Shown: positions 24,800 through 37,700, counted from the stretch's first letter. The stretch is 64,000 bases of DNA from Cenococcum geophilum (GCA_050273025.1 CP158635.1:33232001-33296000); one strand, 5' to 3'. The notes: generated from the letters alone by a model not told the origin. Numbers and translations: made by a program.

Positions 24800-26490
24800 T
24801 GCAGGTCCAACCATGGTTTGCAAGTGGAATGTGCCGTGCGTAAACCGTCTCAAAACATCCCTGTCTCCCCGCCGCCGTTTGCCTCGCCCGCTGGGCTCAT
24901 CGTTCACGAAGCCCGAATTCAGCCTGTTTGTAGATCAAACTTCCCGTTATATATCTCGGACAGCGCTAGCAGTGCCGATCTGCAAACAGGTTCTCTGAAA
25001 ACCAGAGATCTTTTGCAGGCGTCCGCGACGCTTGAAAGCCCTGTTCCGCAGATCGGCGGCCCAACCTCAAAGCATAATTTAAAGCAATCCGGGATGTTGG
25101 AAACTAGGGAGTGAAGGAGGCGTGTGTTCCGATGGGCTGAGATCCGTAAATAGCCACTGCTAGTTGAAATCTGCAAACTCGATTCTAAGAAAATTGCACG
25201 AGGTATGCATGCGCAACGGGGACTGCAGCGACGTTGGGAATCCAAACACCTAATTTGAAGGGTTTCTAGCTAGCACCCCCCGGCTCAACACTCTCTCTGT
25301 GACTTCTACCTGCACCCGTATTTCGCTCCACCTCGCCACCAACACCAGACGTTGACGCCCAAAATCCTTCTGAGGCGAGCGTTGAACCTCAACGGACGTA
25401 CGCAGCGCCACAGGAAACCCCACCCGAGTGCCCCGCCCTCCGCCCGCGAGTCAAATCTGCATAGCCGAAAACTCTCCCCCCAGGAGCTCCCGGTCAGCAT
25501 TTGCACCAGAAAATGCTACCTCTCTGATTCGCCTACGCAATTTGCCTGTCAGGTTTGGTCAGACAGCGAGACCGTCCCCCCAGGCACAGATTTCCCCGCC
25601 TGCAGCGCGCACCGCATCGCGTGCTCCGTGCTGACTTAGTTGGACAGCGGATGATCTCTTCTTTGACCCCGGCCACAGATCGTGCCCCGATTTAGGCAAG
25701 TCCACAGTCCAGACGGCGCTGATCGAGACAGAGCTTCTCGCCGCTTAAGACCTGGTTTTGGGCATACGGGAACAAAGTGTGCCCAAAAAGCCTAAAATCA
25801 TCGATCGTGAGATGGATTGGCTAGTTTCGAAAATGCTTGAGGATCCTTTTGCGCTCGTCCCGCGCTATATTCCCAGCACCGGGGATAGACGTCGTTGCAA
25901 AAAGCGTGGGGAACAAGACCGGTGCCAAGGCATCCCACGCGTGGTAGAGATCAGCCTTGTTCTAGAAGGAAGGTGATCTGTTTTTGCTGCTGTGCCCAAT
26001 TCGGATTTACAATCTGTATGAGGGATATTCGAGAAGTTGGAAATTGGGGGTTTTATAAGCAACAGTAAGCTCAAGGAGAGCAGTAAGGAGATCTCCATGT
26101 GCGTAAAACGAACCGGCAAACTGTCAGGTAAAGCTGGACTCGGAGTGAACTTTGCATGGTGATGGCTATCTGAACTGCGCCTTGACGTGGAGATCCCTGC
26201 ATGCGGCGTTTCCGCGAAAAGCGACGTTGGCTGACCACGGAGAAGGCAGAAAAATTAAAATCTCGGATTTCTTTTTAATTTTCCTTTGGCGTTTTTCTTC
26301 GAAAATTCCCCACAGGGATGACCCTGCGGCCGCTTCTGTGGCCGTGCCGTCCAAGGGACATCATCCGAGAGCGGGGCGAGAGGGGCGGCGCTTATGCGCG
26401 TGATGTGCGATGTGCGATGAGCGACAGGGTTTAGGCTTGGATTATTATGCAGTGGAGTGGGGTCGGGGTGAGTTGCAGTGTTTCATGGTC
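24800..26490 (+). ncRNA. Candidate large structured non-coding RNA, family unknown
   Basis: No convincing ORF. Long-range closing stems (24859-65/26423-29, 24870-76/26384-90, 24883-89/26374-80) and many nested 7-12 bp stems, several completed by G-U pairs on the + strand. Confidence 0.45.
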
Positions 26491-27097
26491 ATGTGAGCAC
26501 TAGCGGCTCCAATCCTTCTCCTCAGGGGTGTTTCCGTAACATTGGAAGTTTGGGGTTGGCTTATTTGGGTGGGGCTTGGGCTTGGGGCTTGGGGCTCGGG
26601 GCTTGAGGGCTAGGTTGGACCGAGACTTGCAGACGTTAAGAGCACGTGAACACCAATGTGATGAGATTGTCAATTTTGCGTGGAGATTATAACATATCAT
26701 TTGCTAGGAATCTAATGTTGGTGGCTGACGTGGCGTCGGGGACTTTTTTGAACGAGGGCGTCCGACAGATGCGGTCCGATCGTGTGTGACGCATGCGTCG
26801 TCTTCCTGGAAGAACGCGGCTCGGGTCGAGGCGGCCATTCAAATGTTCTAAAATCTGGTGCGGCGAAGCATCAATAATCTTATGCAGCCTGTCCCGGCTT
26901 GATTGGATGTCAACTGCGTGGCTGCATCTCAGCATCTCAACATCCTGGATCTTGCAACCCGTCCTGCAAGATTGCGGCGAGGTTGCGCCTAGATGGAACA
27001 GTGGAGATTCGATGCCAAGGCATGCGAAAGACCCTTCTTTTTGATGTGTGGATCTCAAATCGTCTACTGTGGTGACTAAGACAAGGCTTTGCCTTGC

Positions 27098-28170
27098 TCA
27101 GCCACCCCCCAGCTGCATTCGAATAGAAGCACGCAATCTCCTCCCAGACAAGTCTGTAGCTAACCCGGCCGAACTGAGAGGATTTGAAGCATTCACAACA
27201 CCATCTGTGCGGGCCTGTTGGTAAGCTTGATAGTTTCGGTGCTCTTGAAGGAGCGTGTTGATGATATGCAAATCCGCTACGATAACCTGCCCGGAATTGA
27301 GCGCATCGAGAACATCTGTACTTGATGCTGATGAGTTGCTGCTGGTTTCTTGAGGTGAAAGAAGCAGCCCGTCTGGACCGTCCAACCCTTGACCGATATT
27401 AGACAGCGTGTCGGCGCGCCGCAGAACTCCGCGTTCTTCTGCGTCAGCATCTTGATCTGGGTGTGTTGTTCCCTCTATGGGTTCCGGTGGGCGGGCGGAC
27501 TCTTCGTTGGCTCGTGAGCCCGTGATTGGTGGTAGGTTGCGTCTCAGCTTCCGTCTTTTGACATGCACTGACAGCATCACAAGCTGGAGGAAAAGCATGC
27601 AGATATCAAGAGTTGCGAGATGTAATTTCGATGTGGGACCTTGCTGACCAATAAAGTCTATCAGCAGCCCGCCATGCAGATAACCCCTCGTACCTTCGCC
27701 GGCTGATGGCCGGGAGAAGGTCAGATGAAGAACAAAGCAACAGATAAACGGGAACAGGATTAAGGGAAGAAATGCCCTGTGTTCATCTAGTGACGGCAAG
27801 AAAACGATGTCGGGAAGAGGAGTGAGGAGGAAGAAGTGGAAGAGGGCACGCGTGAAGAACCAGAAGAATGAGCAGCTGAGGATTCCACGTGCAAATTAGC
27901 CATGTTTCTATGTTTTGTGCAAGGCTGATCGACCTACTCCAAATAATAAATAGTGATGAGTTCGAGGAATATGATCATATCCAGCTCCTGCAGAAGGCCA
28001 TCAAGGAAGTCTATACGTTTTCTCTTTGCTCTTATCTTCCTTTGTCCTAATATTTCTTCCTCTGTCGCTCTATCTCCTCCTTCGTTGCCCGTCGCGTGCT
28101 CAATTGGATGAGGGGCGCTGTCGTTTTCATACTGCGGATGCGCCGTAGACGACGATGCCTCACCGTTCAT
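27098..28170 (-). CDS. DUF1746 membrane protein (Dsc4-like subunit of the DSC E3 ligase); exons 28170-27938 and 27875-27098
   Basis: Spliced YYLDCSFFWFFTRA; EGTRGYLHGGLLIDFIGQ motif; GT-AG intron with a GCTAAT branch site. Confidence 0.8.
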
Positions 28171-28551
28171 GGCGCGTCGGGAGGCCTGGAGCTTGCTTGA
28201 CCATGAAGCTCACGATGCGATAGACCGGAAACGATCCGTGAAAAGGTGGACTGGTCACTGATAGCTGTTCACCTCTCACGTAGATTGTAGACGATGTTCG
28301 AATCTAGGTCGCCGGGAAATGGAAAAACAGAAAGTTCCGGCAAGCCGAGGGTAAATGGTGACGGTCGAGCTTCAAACGTCAGAAACAAGGAAGCAATTCC
28401 AACTTTGACCAAATCTGTTGATACAAGCGTATTTTGTGACGACTAATTAGTGTTCAACTTATAATTTGTTGCAATTACCGCCGCTCCAGACCGCATCAAT
28501 TCCGCTCACACGAGCTCTCCTGCACGCCCGTACTATTACAACCCCTCTCTT

Positions 28552-29234
28552 ATGGCGTCTGACGCGCCCCTCCCATCCTCCTTCGATGGAGATGAGTATG
28601 TGCTTCTTATTACATACTCGTCATATATCTGGTTTTCTTCCCAAATTAATCTAGTCAACTTACTAATATTCACTATAGGGACTTCTACTCCGAAAACCGG
28701 TTGCAAAAACTCACGCGCCGCCTCCGCGAAGAACCCTTGATCCCCCTTGGTTGTCTTCTTACTGTCTGGGCCCTCGTCGGTGCCACCCGCTCCATCCGCC
28801 GTGGTGACCATGCGAAGACTAATATTATGTTTCGCCGTCGTATTTATGCGCAAGGATTCACATTGGTGGCCATGCTAGTGGGCAGTATGTACTGGCAGAA
28901 GGATCGCGAAAAACGCAAGGAGTTCGAAGGAGTTGTGGCAGAGAGGCAAAGGGCAGAGAAGAGGGAGAAGTGGTTGAGGGAGTTGGAAGCTAGAGATGAA
29001 GAGGAGAAAGCGTTTAGGGCTATGATGGAGAGGAGAAATAGGGAGAAGGAGGGACCTAGTATTAAAAAGGTCATCAACCAAGTCAAAGGCGACGCCGAGA
29101 AAAAGGCAGGGAAAGATGCGGGGCAGGATGTAAGAGTGGTAGGGCAAGTGGAGCAGAGTAGTGTAACTGAGGAGAAGGAGAAGGAAGAAAAAGGAGTTTT
29201 GCAAGCAGTAAAAGATTTAATTGGCCGGAAGTAG
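28552..29234 (+). CDS. RCF1: Respiratory supercomplex factor 1 (HIG1 domain), one intron
   Basis: PLPSSFD...KLTRRLREEPLIPLG...MFRRRIYAQGFT...REKWLRELEARDEE. Confidence 0.9.
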
Positions 29235-30426
29235 GAGGTTCGATGGATGAATTAAAAAGAGTTGAAAGGAAAATCTAGCCAGCAAGAACTGGAACTAGAG
29301 TTGTATGAGGCCCTGCATTGTGCTTCGGCGAACATTTTCCTTCGCTGTATATATTGGCATTACAGCCGCGTCGTGTATATGGGCGCACTTGAATAGGTTT
29401 GGATAGTGGGAACTTCACTCAACAGTAAATATTGAACACCCGAAGTTCCTGTTTCAAGAATTTATAGCATTAAAATGTACATGATTTAGTTTGACCTCTA
29501 TTCCATCTCAGGATCCTAGTGATAATCCTTATGAATGGCCGAGGCCATGTAGGTAGACTCATCTGTCTTAGCTTCACGTTGGGCTCGCCGACAGTAGCCA
29601 AGATGAATGTTCCCCCGTCGCTTGTATTAAGTTATTGCCGCGACCCTGCGGCTTTGTCGAAGCGTGCTTGCGTTGGGTATTGATGTAGAACGCGGCTAAC
29701 TTTACAATGGATTTCCCATATACTAGTCTTCTACTCTTAGAAGAAACTTGCCAAATAATGCGCTTTAGAGGAAATGTCGAGAACGGATCGGGGGTCTACT
29801 ATTAATGGTGGATAGAATTTAGCAGAATGCCTGGAAACCTAATCGCTTGATGTCTTGGACAATACAGAAACCGAATAGGAGAAACACCCTTTATGGGATG
29901 AGATTGGGGGTTTTAAGATCGTAAGAATACTGGGCCCAGCATTTCTTTCTGTTCATCACTAAAATACGATAGAACGATTGTGTCCGTTTCTATGATGAGC
30001 TGCTCGTTTTTACAAGCACAAGTGATGATAAATTTAGAATCCGATAAAAATCACTCACGAAGCAGTCCCCAGGAGATATCAAAAGCTTGTTCTGTAAGAC
30101 TGATAGAGCATGGCCACGTGCCAATAATACATTCACCAACTCCACAAAAATGTCAGAAATGCATATAAAGAATGGGCCAAAACTATGGGAATCATTAGAA
30201 TTTATTGGCAGCTTTCGAAAACCCGTATCTCTTAAAACCACGCCTATGCTCCAAGAACCTAAGAAGTCGGCGAGAAGAGGCCTGAATGGAGAAACCGAGT
30301 GGTTACATTCCCTAATTTGCCTCTCGGAGATGCCCTCTGTACCCCACCCGCTAAATGTTGGAGTACAGGTAAGAATCGTATTGACGAACAATCGAGTAAA
30401 CCAAACGTAGCACACCCATGTAGAGG

Positions 30427-31325
30427 CTAACAGTTGCAACCTCCAGGGCCTTGTGTTTGGTTTGCTTCTGGTCTAAGGTTGACTCCTTGGCGGTGGGGTC
30501 CTGATCTGATGTTTCTGGGACCGGCTTGGTCCAGTGGTAACTTCTTTGCGATGGCAGTGAATAGTTCTCGCACATTTTCTGCGGTCTTCGCAGATGTTTC
30601 AAAGAATAGCAGGCCTGCCTCTTTGGCGTATTGTTCTGCGTCCGCCGCCGAGATCGCGCGCTTATCCGGGTTCTCTGTCACTAAATCCAGCTTGTTTCCT
30701 GCAAGAGCGATGATGATATTCTCGTTGGCTTGTCGTTGGAGTTCCTTTACCCATGCTTTTGCTTTATCTAAAGATGACTATGCGAACATCAGTACCGGAG
30801 CTGGTAATATGCGGGGATAAGAAGGATTAAATGTACGGCTTGTGTAATGTCGTAAACTACAACGGCGCAGTTCGCGTTCCTGTAGTACATAGGTGCTAAT
30901 GACTTGTACCGCTCCTGTCCGGCTGTATCCCATATCTCGAACTTTACTGTGGTGGTTTCGTCGAGTGCGATAGTCTGGGTGAGAAATGCTGCGCCGATAG
31001 TTGACTCTCGATAATCATCGAATTGATCCTAAAGTACACATGAGCTTTTATTTCCGAACATAATTCTCCTACAATACGCTCCTACTTACTTTAACAAATC
31101 GTAAGACGAGTGAACTCTGTATTCGTTTATCAGTTCGATGAACGTGGCTGCCTGTCAAAGCGGGTTAAACGAACCTTTCCGACAGCAGATTCGCCTGCCG
31201 ACATGTTAGCACAAACTTGAAGCAGTTGCACGCGTTTTGTTCGGATTTATACCTAATAGTACCAGCTTGAACTGGGCGAACCTAGTCCCCCCAGGGCGAG
31301 CGCCTTGCTGAACCCTTGCTGCCAT
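30427..31325 (-). CDS. YPT52: Rab5-family GTPase (Ypt52/RabB-like), 4 introns with two micro-exons
   Basis: [38 protein letters not shown] and ETSAK motifs; C-terminal CNC prenylation site. Confidence 0.88.
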
Positions 31326-31727
31326 AGTCTGGATATGTGGAGAGCGAGAAGGTTGGTAGGAGAGTGATGAAGAGGGAGACGATATGTGAGGTAGCGCGGT
31401 TTAGATGGAGTTGAAGGGTTCGTAAACGAGAGCAAGGACGCGGATGGCGGATAAGCGGTCGTTGACGAATCTTGGTTATTGTTTGAAGGTAAATGAAAGG
31501 TTAAGCGCGATGTCCCGGGGCTCGGAGGAACTTCAGCCTCTCCAGCAAGTTGTCGTCATCCCTCGAGATGAAAACAGGCAACTTGAATAAACAACACCAC
31601 AACAACATCACCGTATCACTAATTCGAGTCCTCCTAGAAATTTTATCTCTTCTAAGGGTTGCCAGCTTGGTATCTCACAGGCAAGGGAAGCCATCTAGCA
31701 GTGCATTAGCCATTTCACGAACCTGCA

Positions 31728-33961
31728 ATGGCTGCAGCCCTACCTTTCCGGGACATCAACGTCCATTCCTCCCCGTCGCATTATGCATTCTCCTCGCCAT
31801 CATCTCCCTCTTCTCCGACCTTGGTCGTAGATCGGCCGTCTGGGGACTTGAGGCTCTATGACGGGAAGCTGCTGGGATCGAAGAGAGTTTCAAGTATCGC
31901 TGGCATCCTAGGCATGATTAAACTTCGATTAGGTATAGTAATACAATAACGCAAACCGTAATATAGCTTGATGCTAATTAACTTGTTTAGATAAATACAT
32001 TATCGTCATTACTAAAGCACAACCCATGGGAAGAATCAAGGGCCATATGATCTATAAGGTTGTTACAACAGAATTCCTTCCTCTTCGCGAACGCCCTCTG
32101 CATGACCCAGATGAGGATACTTACCTCTCACTCCTCAAAAATCTACTGAAGACAGGACCTTTATATTTTTCTTATACTTTCGACATTACGAATAGCTTCC
32201 AACGGCAAGCTCAGAGCGATCCGTCTGTCCCACTGTGGAAGCGGGCAGATGATCGATTCTTCTGGAATAGATTCATACAGACGGATTTGATAGATTTCCG
32301 GGCTGGGAATGGTAGTGGGTATGGGGTCAGACATTCCATCGGACAGCAGCCAGATGTCGACCCATATATTTTGCCAGTCATGTTCGGGATGATGGAGATC
32401 AAGAACACGTCAGTTAAGGGCACTCCTCTGACCTTTATTCTGATCACTAGGCGGTCGAGACACAGGGCGGGCACACGATACTTCTCTCGCGGCATTGACG
32501 AAAACGGGAATGTTTCAAACTTCAACGAAACGGAGCAAGTAGTTATTCTGAACGATCAGGCTTCTGGCGGTCTTGGAGGTTTTGCTGGGAGTGGCTCCTA
32601 CCAGAACGGGACCACCACGGGCCAATCTGGAAAGGAAGTTCAGGTCCTGGCATATATGCAAACTAGAGGAAGTGTTCCTGTCTACTGGGCCGAAGTTAAT
32701 ACCCTTCACTACGTGCCAAAACTTCAGATTAGAGGAGTAGAAAGCGCAGTTCACGCAGCGAAACTGCACTTTTCAGAGCAAGTACGGCTGTACGGTGACA
32801 ATTGGCTTGTCAATCTGGTTAATCAAAAAGGGCGAGAAATACGGGTGAAAGAAGCATATGAGCAAATGGTCAACATTTTGGTGTCCTCTCCTTCTGAGAA
32901 TATCGAATCGGACAACATTACAAATGAGAAATTTCATGTTGTCGAGCCAAACCAGGAGAAACAGGCTTTCGATCATCTTCACTATGTCTATTTTGATTTC
33001 CACAACGAAACTAGGGGTTTGCAGTGGCATCGGGCTAAGCTGCTAATGCAGCGATTGGAGGAACCGGTCTTAAAACATGGGTATTTCCGTGGAGTGGATA
33101 TGCCAGGCGATGCATCCGGTCGTATGGAGGTACGCCGACAACAATCAGCCGTCGTTCGGACTAATTGTATGGATTGCCTTGACCGGACCAATGTTGTCCA
33201 AAATATGCTTGGACACTATATTCTCAGCAGAATGTTGATTGATGTTGGCATCCTAAAAGAAGGTGAGAATGCTGAAGACGACGTCGCCTTTGGGTTTGCG
33301 TTTCGCAATATGTGGGCCGATAATGCAGACGTCGTCTCAAAATCTTATTCCGGTACTGGTGCTTTGAAGACGGACTTTACACGAAGCGGCAAGCGGACAA
33401 AAGCCGGCATGTTGCGGGATCTGAACAACTCCTGTACTCGCTATCTACGGAACAATTTCGCTGATGGGCTACGGCAAGATGCTTTTGATCTCTTTTTAGG
33501 CGCCTATCTACCTTCCAACTCTGGGATCGGAAGCAGCCTTCTCTTTACCGACCGAAGGCCACTATTCATCCAATCCATTCCATACATCCTTGCAGCTAGC
33601 ATTTTCTTCGTCCTGGTTGGTTCTTTCACACGCCGAGACCCAACCGCTACAGTTTGGCCACTTCGGCTCATCATGATACTTTGCTTGGGCCTTGCCGCCG
33701 CTTGCCTGAATTTTATCTGGACCCACGGGACCCTCTACGTATGTCGCTCTTATAACCGACGTTTACGATGGAGAGCTAACATACACTTAGGTCAACTGGC
33801 CAAAACTGAACACGCCGCCATGGGCTACAGAAGGTTATCAAGACGCTCTGATCCAGGTTAAGAACAACCCTATCACCGGGCCGTTGGTGAGCAGGCATGA
33901 GAGAGGTAAGAGTGATGCTAGGCCGGGATATCTTGAGGAAGGGAAGAAGAGGATCGAATAA
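31728..33961 (+). CDS. SAC1: Phosphoinositide phosphatase Sac1, 2 introns
   Basis: RAGTRYFSRG, catalytic RTNCMDCLDRTN, TGALKTDFTR, two C-terminal TM segments, final exon VNWPKL...KKRIE*. Confidence 0.93.
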
Positions 33962-34420
33962 CGAAAATGGTTAGCGCGATTGCGGTAACATTCTATTCAA
34001 TTAATCCCAGAGTTAGCATTGCTGTTTTCACTAATACTCGGGAAATTCATGATAGTCGAGTATCCCTCCCTTAGCGTTACGAAAAGAGTCAGTTTAATCA
34101 ATGTTCCGATCGCAGTAGCCTTGTTCCTGTGACTGCACTTTGGAAGTCTTGCGTCATGTAGTCCGGGAACCCCCCCCCCCCGTCCTTACAGAGTTCGAAC
34201 TTGAGAACAGAACATTTCCCCGGGAAGGTGCTCAGATATAAGCGGGTTCTCTTAGCGATAACTATGATAGGCATTTACAGGTAATAATAAAGCTTGAGTT
34301 AATCATCCAAAAAGTTGAGGTTTAAGCTCGAATCTAGTTGAATTGGAACGGCTTAAAAGGATACTAAGGCCCATCTACATGGTGAAAATAATACAAACCG
34401 CCAGCTACGTTCTAATACAG

Positions 34421-36130
34421 CTATTTCTCACTTTCCAACACTTCAATGGCTCCGCCAACTAGATGCAGACTCCCAGTAATCAATACCATAATGTCACCGC
34501 CACCTTCCCACGTCGCTGCTATTTCTTGTGCTTTGGTAATGGCCTCCTCGATGGTTCGCACAACGCTGACTGACGCACTATGGTCGATTTCTTCCCATGT
34601 TGAGGCAAGGGCGCGTTGCACTGCTAGAGTGTCAACATCAGATTTATTGGTATTGAGAGAGATGAGATCGGGTTTGTAGCCCGTGCTAAAAGTCTGATTC
34701 GTCGTGAAAAACACGTGAGTGAAAGGGGAAGTGGAGGTGGAAAGTCCGCTTTGGAGGGTGGTGTAGAGCGCGCGGGCGAGAGCGTTGGCATCACGAGTTT
34801 GTTGGTTAAAGATTAGGATTATTGGTTTCTGTGCTTGACGCGAGCCGTTCGGTGAAGAAGCGGAGATCTGCTCAGCAAACCAGCGGCCAGAAACCTCAAT
34901 GCTGTCAAGAGTGTGACCGCCGTCAATGTGCCATGCGATACCGCTTTGTGCATCACGCCGGACCTCGCAGCGTCCAGGCCACTGCACCTGTTCAAGGCCG
35001 CGCTTGAACTCGGCCGGGAGCTGAATGTGTGGTGTTACTGTAGGATCGGGAATTGAGGTGTATCCAATAGCGCGCAGATGGGCTGCAACAACAGCAATAG
35101 CAAGTGACGCGTTGGTTTTCTGGAAGTCGGCTGAGAGTCCCAGCTTTATGGAATCATTCTCGAGATCTGGATGCCGCTCGACTACATGCAATGATATCCC
35201 CTTCTCCGCAGCGCGCTCACGAAGTACAGTCAGTGCCTCAGCGGGTTGAGGAACCGTAAATGCTACGCTATCAGGCTTGAAGATGCCTGCTTTGTGCCAT
35301 GCTATTTCTGGCAATGTGGGTCCCAGCATAGAAATATGGTCGATACCTAGGTTAGTTACTGCAGCAACGGTAGGGTGAACGAGGATATTTGTACTATCAT
35401 ATTCTCCCCCGATGCCGCACTCAACGACGGTGGAATCTACGGATTCCTGGAGGTAAGCATGCAGTGCCATGAGGGTGAGGTAGCGGAAATAGACCGGCTT
35501 GCTGCCAGATGCATCAGGAGCGATGTTTGAGGCCTCCGCGGCGGCTTCGAGTCGATCCCATACTTCAAAGAAGTATTTAGCGAAATTGGGCTCGGAGAGA
35601 GGCTGGTTGTCTATCTGGATGCGCTCGCGGACGAAGCGAAGATGTGGGGATGTGTAGAGACCGACTCGATGGAGTTTTGGGGTTGATTGCTCCACGGTAG
35701 GAAGGTATTGAGCTAGAATTGAGGAGATAAAAGCGCTTGTGGAGCCTTTTCCCTTCGTCCCCGCAATATGTATAGGTTTCAGCCGGTCAAATTCGGAGGG
35801 CTGGTAGGGTCTTTAGCAGAGAGTAGAGGGAGAGGTTGCTCGGGAGCCGCACACCTCGTACCCTATCTTCCGACACCATTCAATCATCTCGGGTATTGCA
35901 TCCTTGTTCATGCCTCGCCCCGATTTACGAATTGCGTCCACGATGGAGAAGTTAGACTGCAGCGTGTTGAGCGCGGCTACAGCGGCCTATAAATGATAAG
36001 CAAGATTCCGCGGCCACGATAGATATATACTTGCACTGTAGTCGCGGTGCTCCATGATTGATGACGAGTGAAACAAACGGGCAATGGCTGAAGAGGAAGA
36101 GAGCCGCAACTTTCTTCGGGCTATAAACAT
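34421..36130 (-). CDS. MET7: Folylpolyglutamate synthase; ATG 36130 (putative mitochondrial form) and ATG 36055
   Basis: ALNTLQSN, HIAGTKGKGS, GLYTSPHL, ECGIGGEYDSTN, WPGRC, DGGHT and ITGSLHLVG motifs; first intron is GC-AG (36034-35987). Confidence 0.9.
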
Positions 36131-36248
36131 AGGCGCATGTCGTTGGGAGCTGGCAGAGCACTGGCGATCTGCTGTCAGACTCTCGGACGGAAAAATTAGA
36201 TGCTCAGCAATGATGTTAGCCCTGGCAAGTGCCACTAACAACCACACC

Positions 36249-36866
36249 ATGAAGTACCTAGTCTTTCTCGCTCTGACTCTCGAAACCGTCTCCGCAACGG
36301 GAACTTCGACTAGCGATTTTGCGGCTCCGTGCTATGGGACCGCATTGCCATCTCTGCCACCATCAACTGCAAATAGGGTAATTCCATGGGGAACAGCCGG
36401 CATTACCTTTGCAAATGGGTCAACCTGCTGCTCTAGTCTTGATCAAGTGCGGGCCGGAATTGATGCTGTAGATGACCAGTTGCTTGAGCTTCTGAGCCAG
36501 AGGTGAGGTTTCTGCTCTCTTCTTGTTAGTGAAACGCCAAAAGAGGAGTATTTATATGAAGGTTCCATCCGGCATTCTGACTATACATCAGAGCAGCCTT
36601 CGTTCGGGAAGCAACGCGCTTCAAGGCTACTCGCGACACTGTCGATGTGCCTTCGAGAGACGTTGCAGTCATTGACGGGGCCGTGGAAGATGCACCATCT
36701 CACAAGCTTCCCCAAAACATTGCCAAATTAGTGTTCACCGCCATCATCAACGCGAGTGTCCCATTTGAACTCTGCATTGTACGTAACCGGACCTCGGGTT
36801 ACTCCTGCATGTCGACTATATGCTTATCTATTTCCAAAGTTTGATGAATTTGGCGCAGGATGCTGA
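36249..36866 (+). CDS. Secreted chorismate mutase / isochorismate-pyruvate lyase (AroQ/CM_2 fold) family protein, 2 introns
   Basis: Signal peptide MKYLVFLALTLETVSA; CSSLDQVRAGIDAVDDQLLELLSQR|AAFVREATRFK...VDVPSRD...; spliced end FDEFGAGC*. Confidence 0.8.
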
Positions 36867-36999
36867 GCATATAAGATCATCGCAATAATCCTACAGACCT
36901 TCCAACATGACCCCTAACGTTTAAGCGCTCAGCTTTTCTAGAGGATACTTCAGAACAGCCTTAGGCGGATTCGACATTATGAAATCTTCCAATGAGAGT

Positions 37000-37700
37000 T
37001 TCCAGTCTACTGATTAATTTTTGATTATTTTATCCTGCTGCGGTCTCATGTTGTGTCTCAATCCACACACATCCTTTGCCTAGCCATTATCCAACTTCAT
37101 CTTCTGGCTTCTTGTCCTCTGTCTGAACGAAAAGAGCAGATAACTCATTTTGCCAGAGCAATGCCAAGTCATTCTACCAGCTGTTGTTCTGCATTTCGGA
37201 ACCTGCATGCATTCCAACAACTGACCTCTTGGTGGCTTGATCTATTTCCTCGGTCTTTCGCATACAAAACACCTCGCTCTTGTACCACCGCACTATCCGC
37301 CGCTCAAGGAGTGATTCGAACCTCCGTGGTGAGCAAGTTCGGTTTCTGCAAAAACTGCTATGCTCAAACGCTTCAGTCTAATTTCTCCCAATGGTTGGAC
37401 CGCGAAAAAGGCGTTTAGTCCCAATTTTGTCCCATAGTGGCTGTTCAGGGTCAAAACCCAACGTACGATGAAGAAGTCGATTTCAATGTCCATGCGACGT
37501 TGAATGCTACTGTCAGGGAGTGAGAGAATTCCTTGTATCACATCCATAATAATACCGCCGGCCTGGCGGTCCAAGAGCTGTGTTATACGTCGTAGATTAG
37601 GCCGCCAGACGGATGTACCAATTCCGCATCTTCCAATATTTTGCAACATCTAATTGTTTCCTGGTGTACACAGCCATCCCGTATCACATTTTAAGAAGCC
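37000..37700 (-). pseudogene. Possible degraded gene relic, family unknown
   Basis: Minus-strand protein-like segments (WFESLLERRIVRWYKSEVFCMRK; SW*NDLALLWQNELSALF...EVG*WLG) with in-frame TAG/TAA. Confidence 0.25.

Noticed and set aside
25992..26010. CCCAATTCGGATT resembling RNase P CR-V
   Set aside because: No matching CR-I/P4 partner in the right context; the segment pairs locally with aattggg.
26424..26436. CCTAAACCCT on the - strand as a telomerase template for TTTAGGG repeats
   Set aside because: It lies inside the long-range closing stem, the G-U bias favours the + strand, and I found no convincing pseudoknot or P6.1; the telomere repeat of this species is unknown.
37305..37330. GGTTCGAATC T-loop-like motif on the - strand (tRNA?)
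   Set aside because: Imperfect T-stem, and no A-box/D-arm or acceptor stem.
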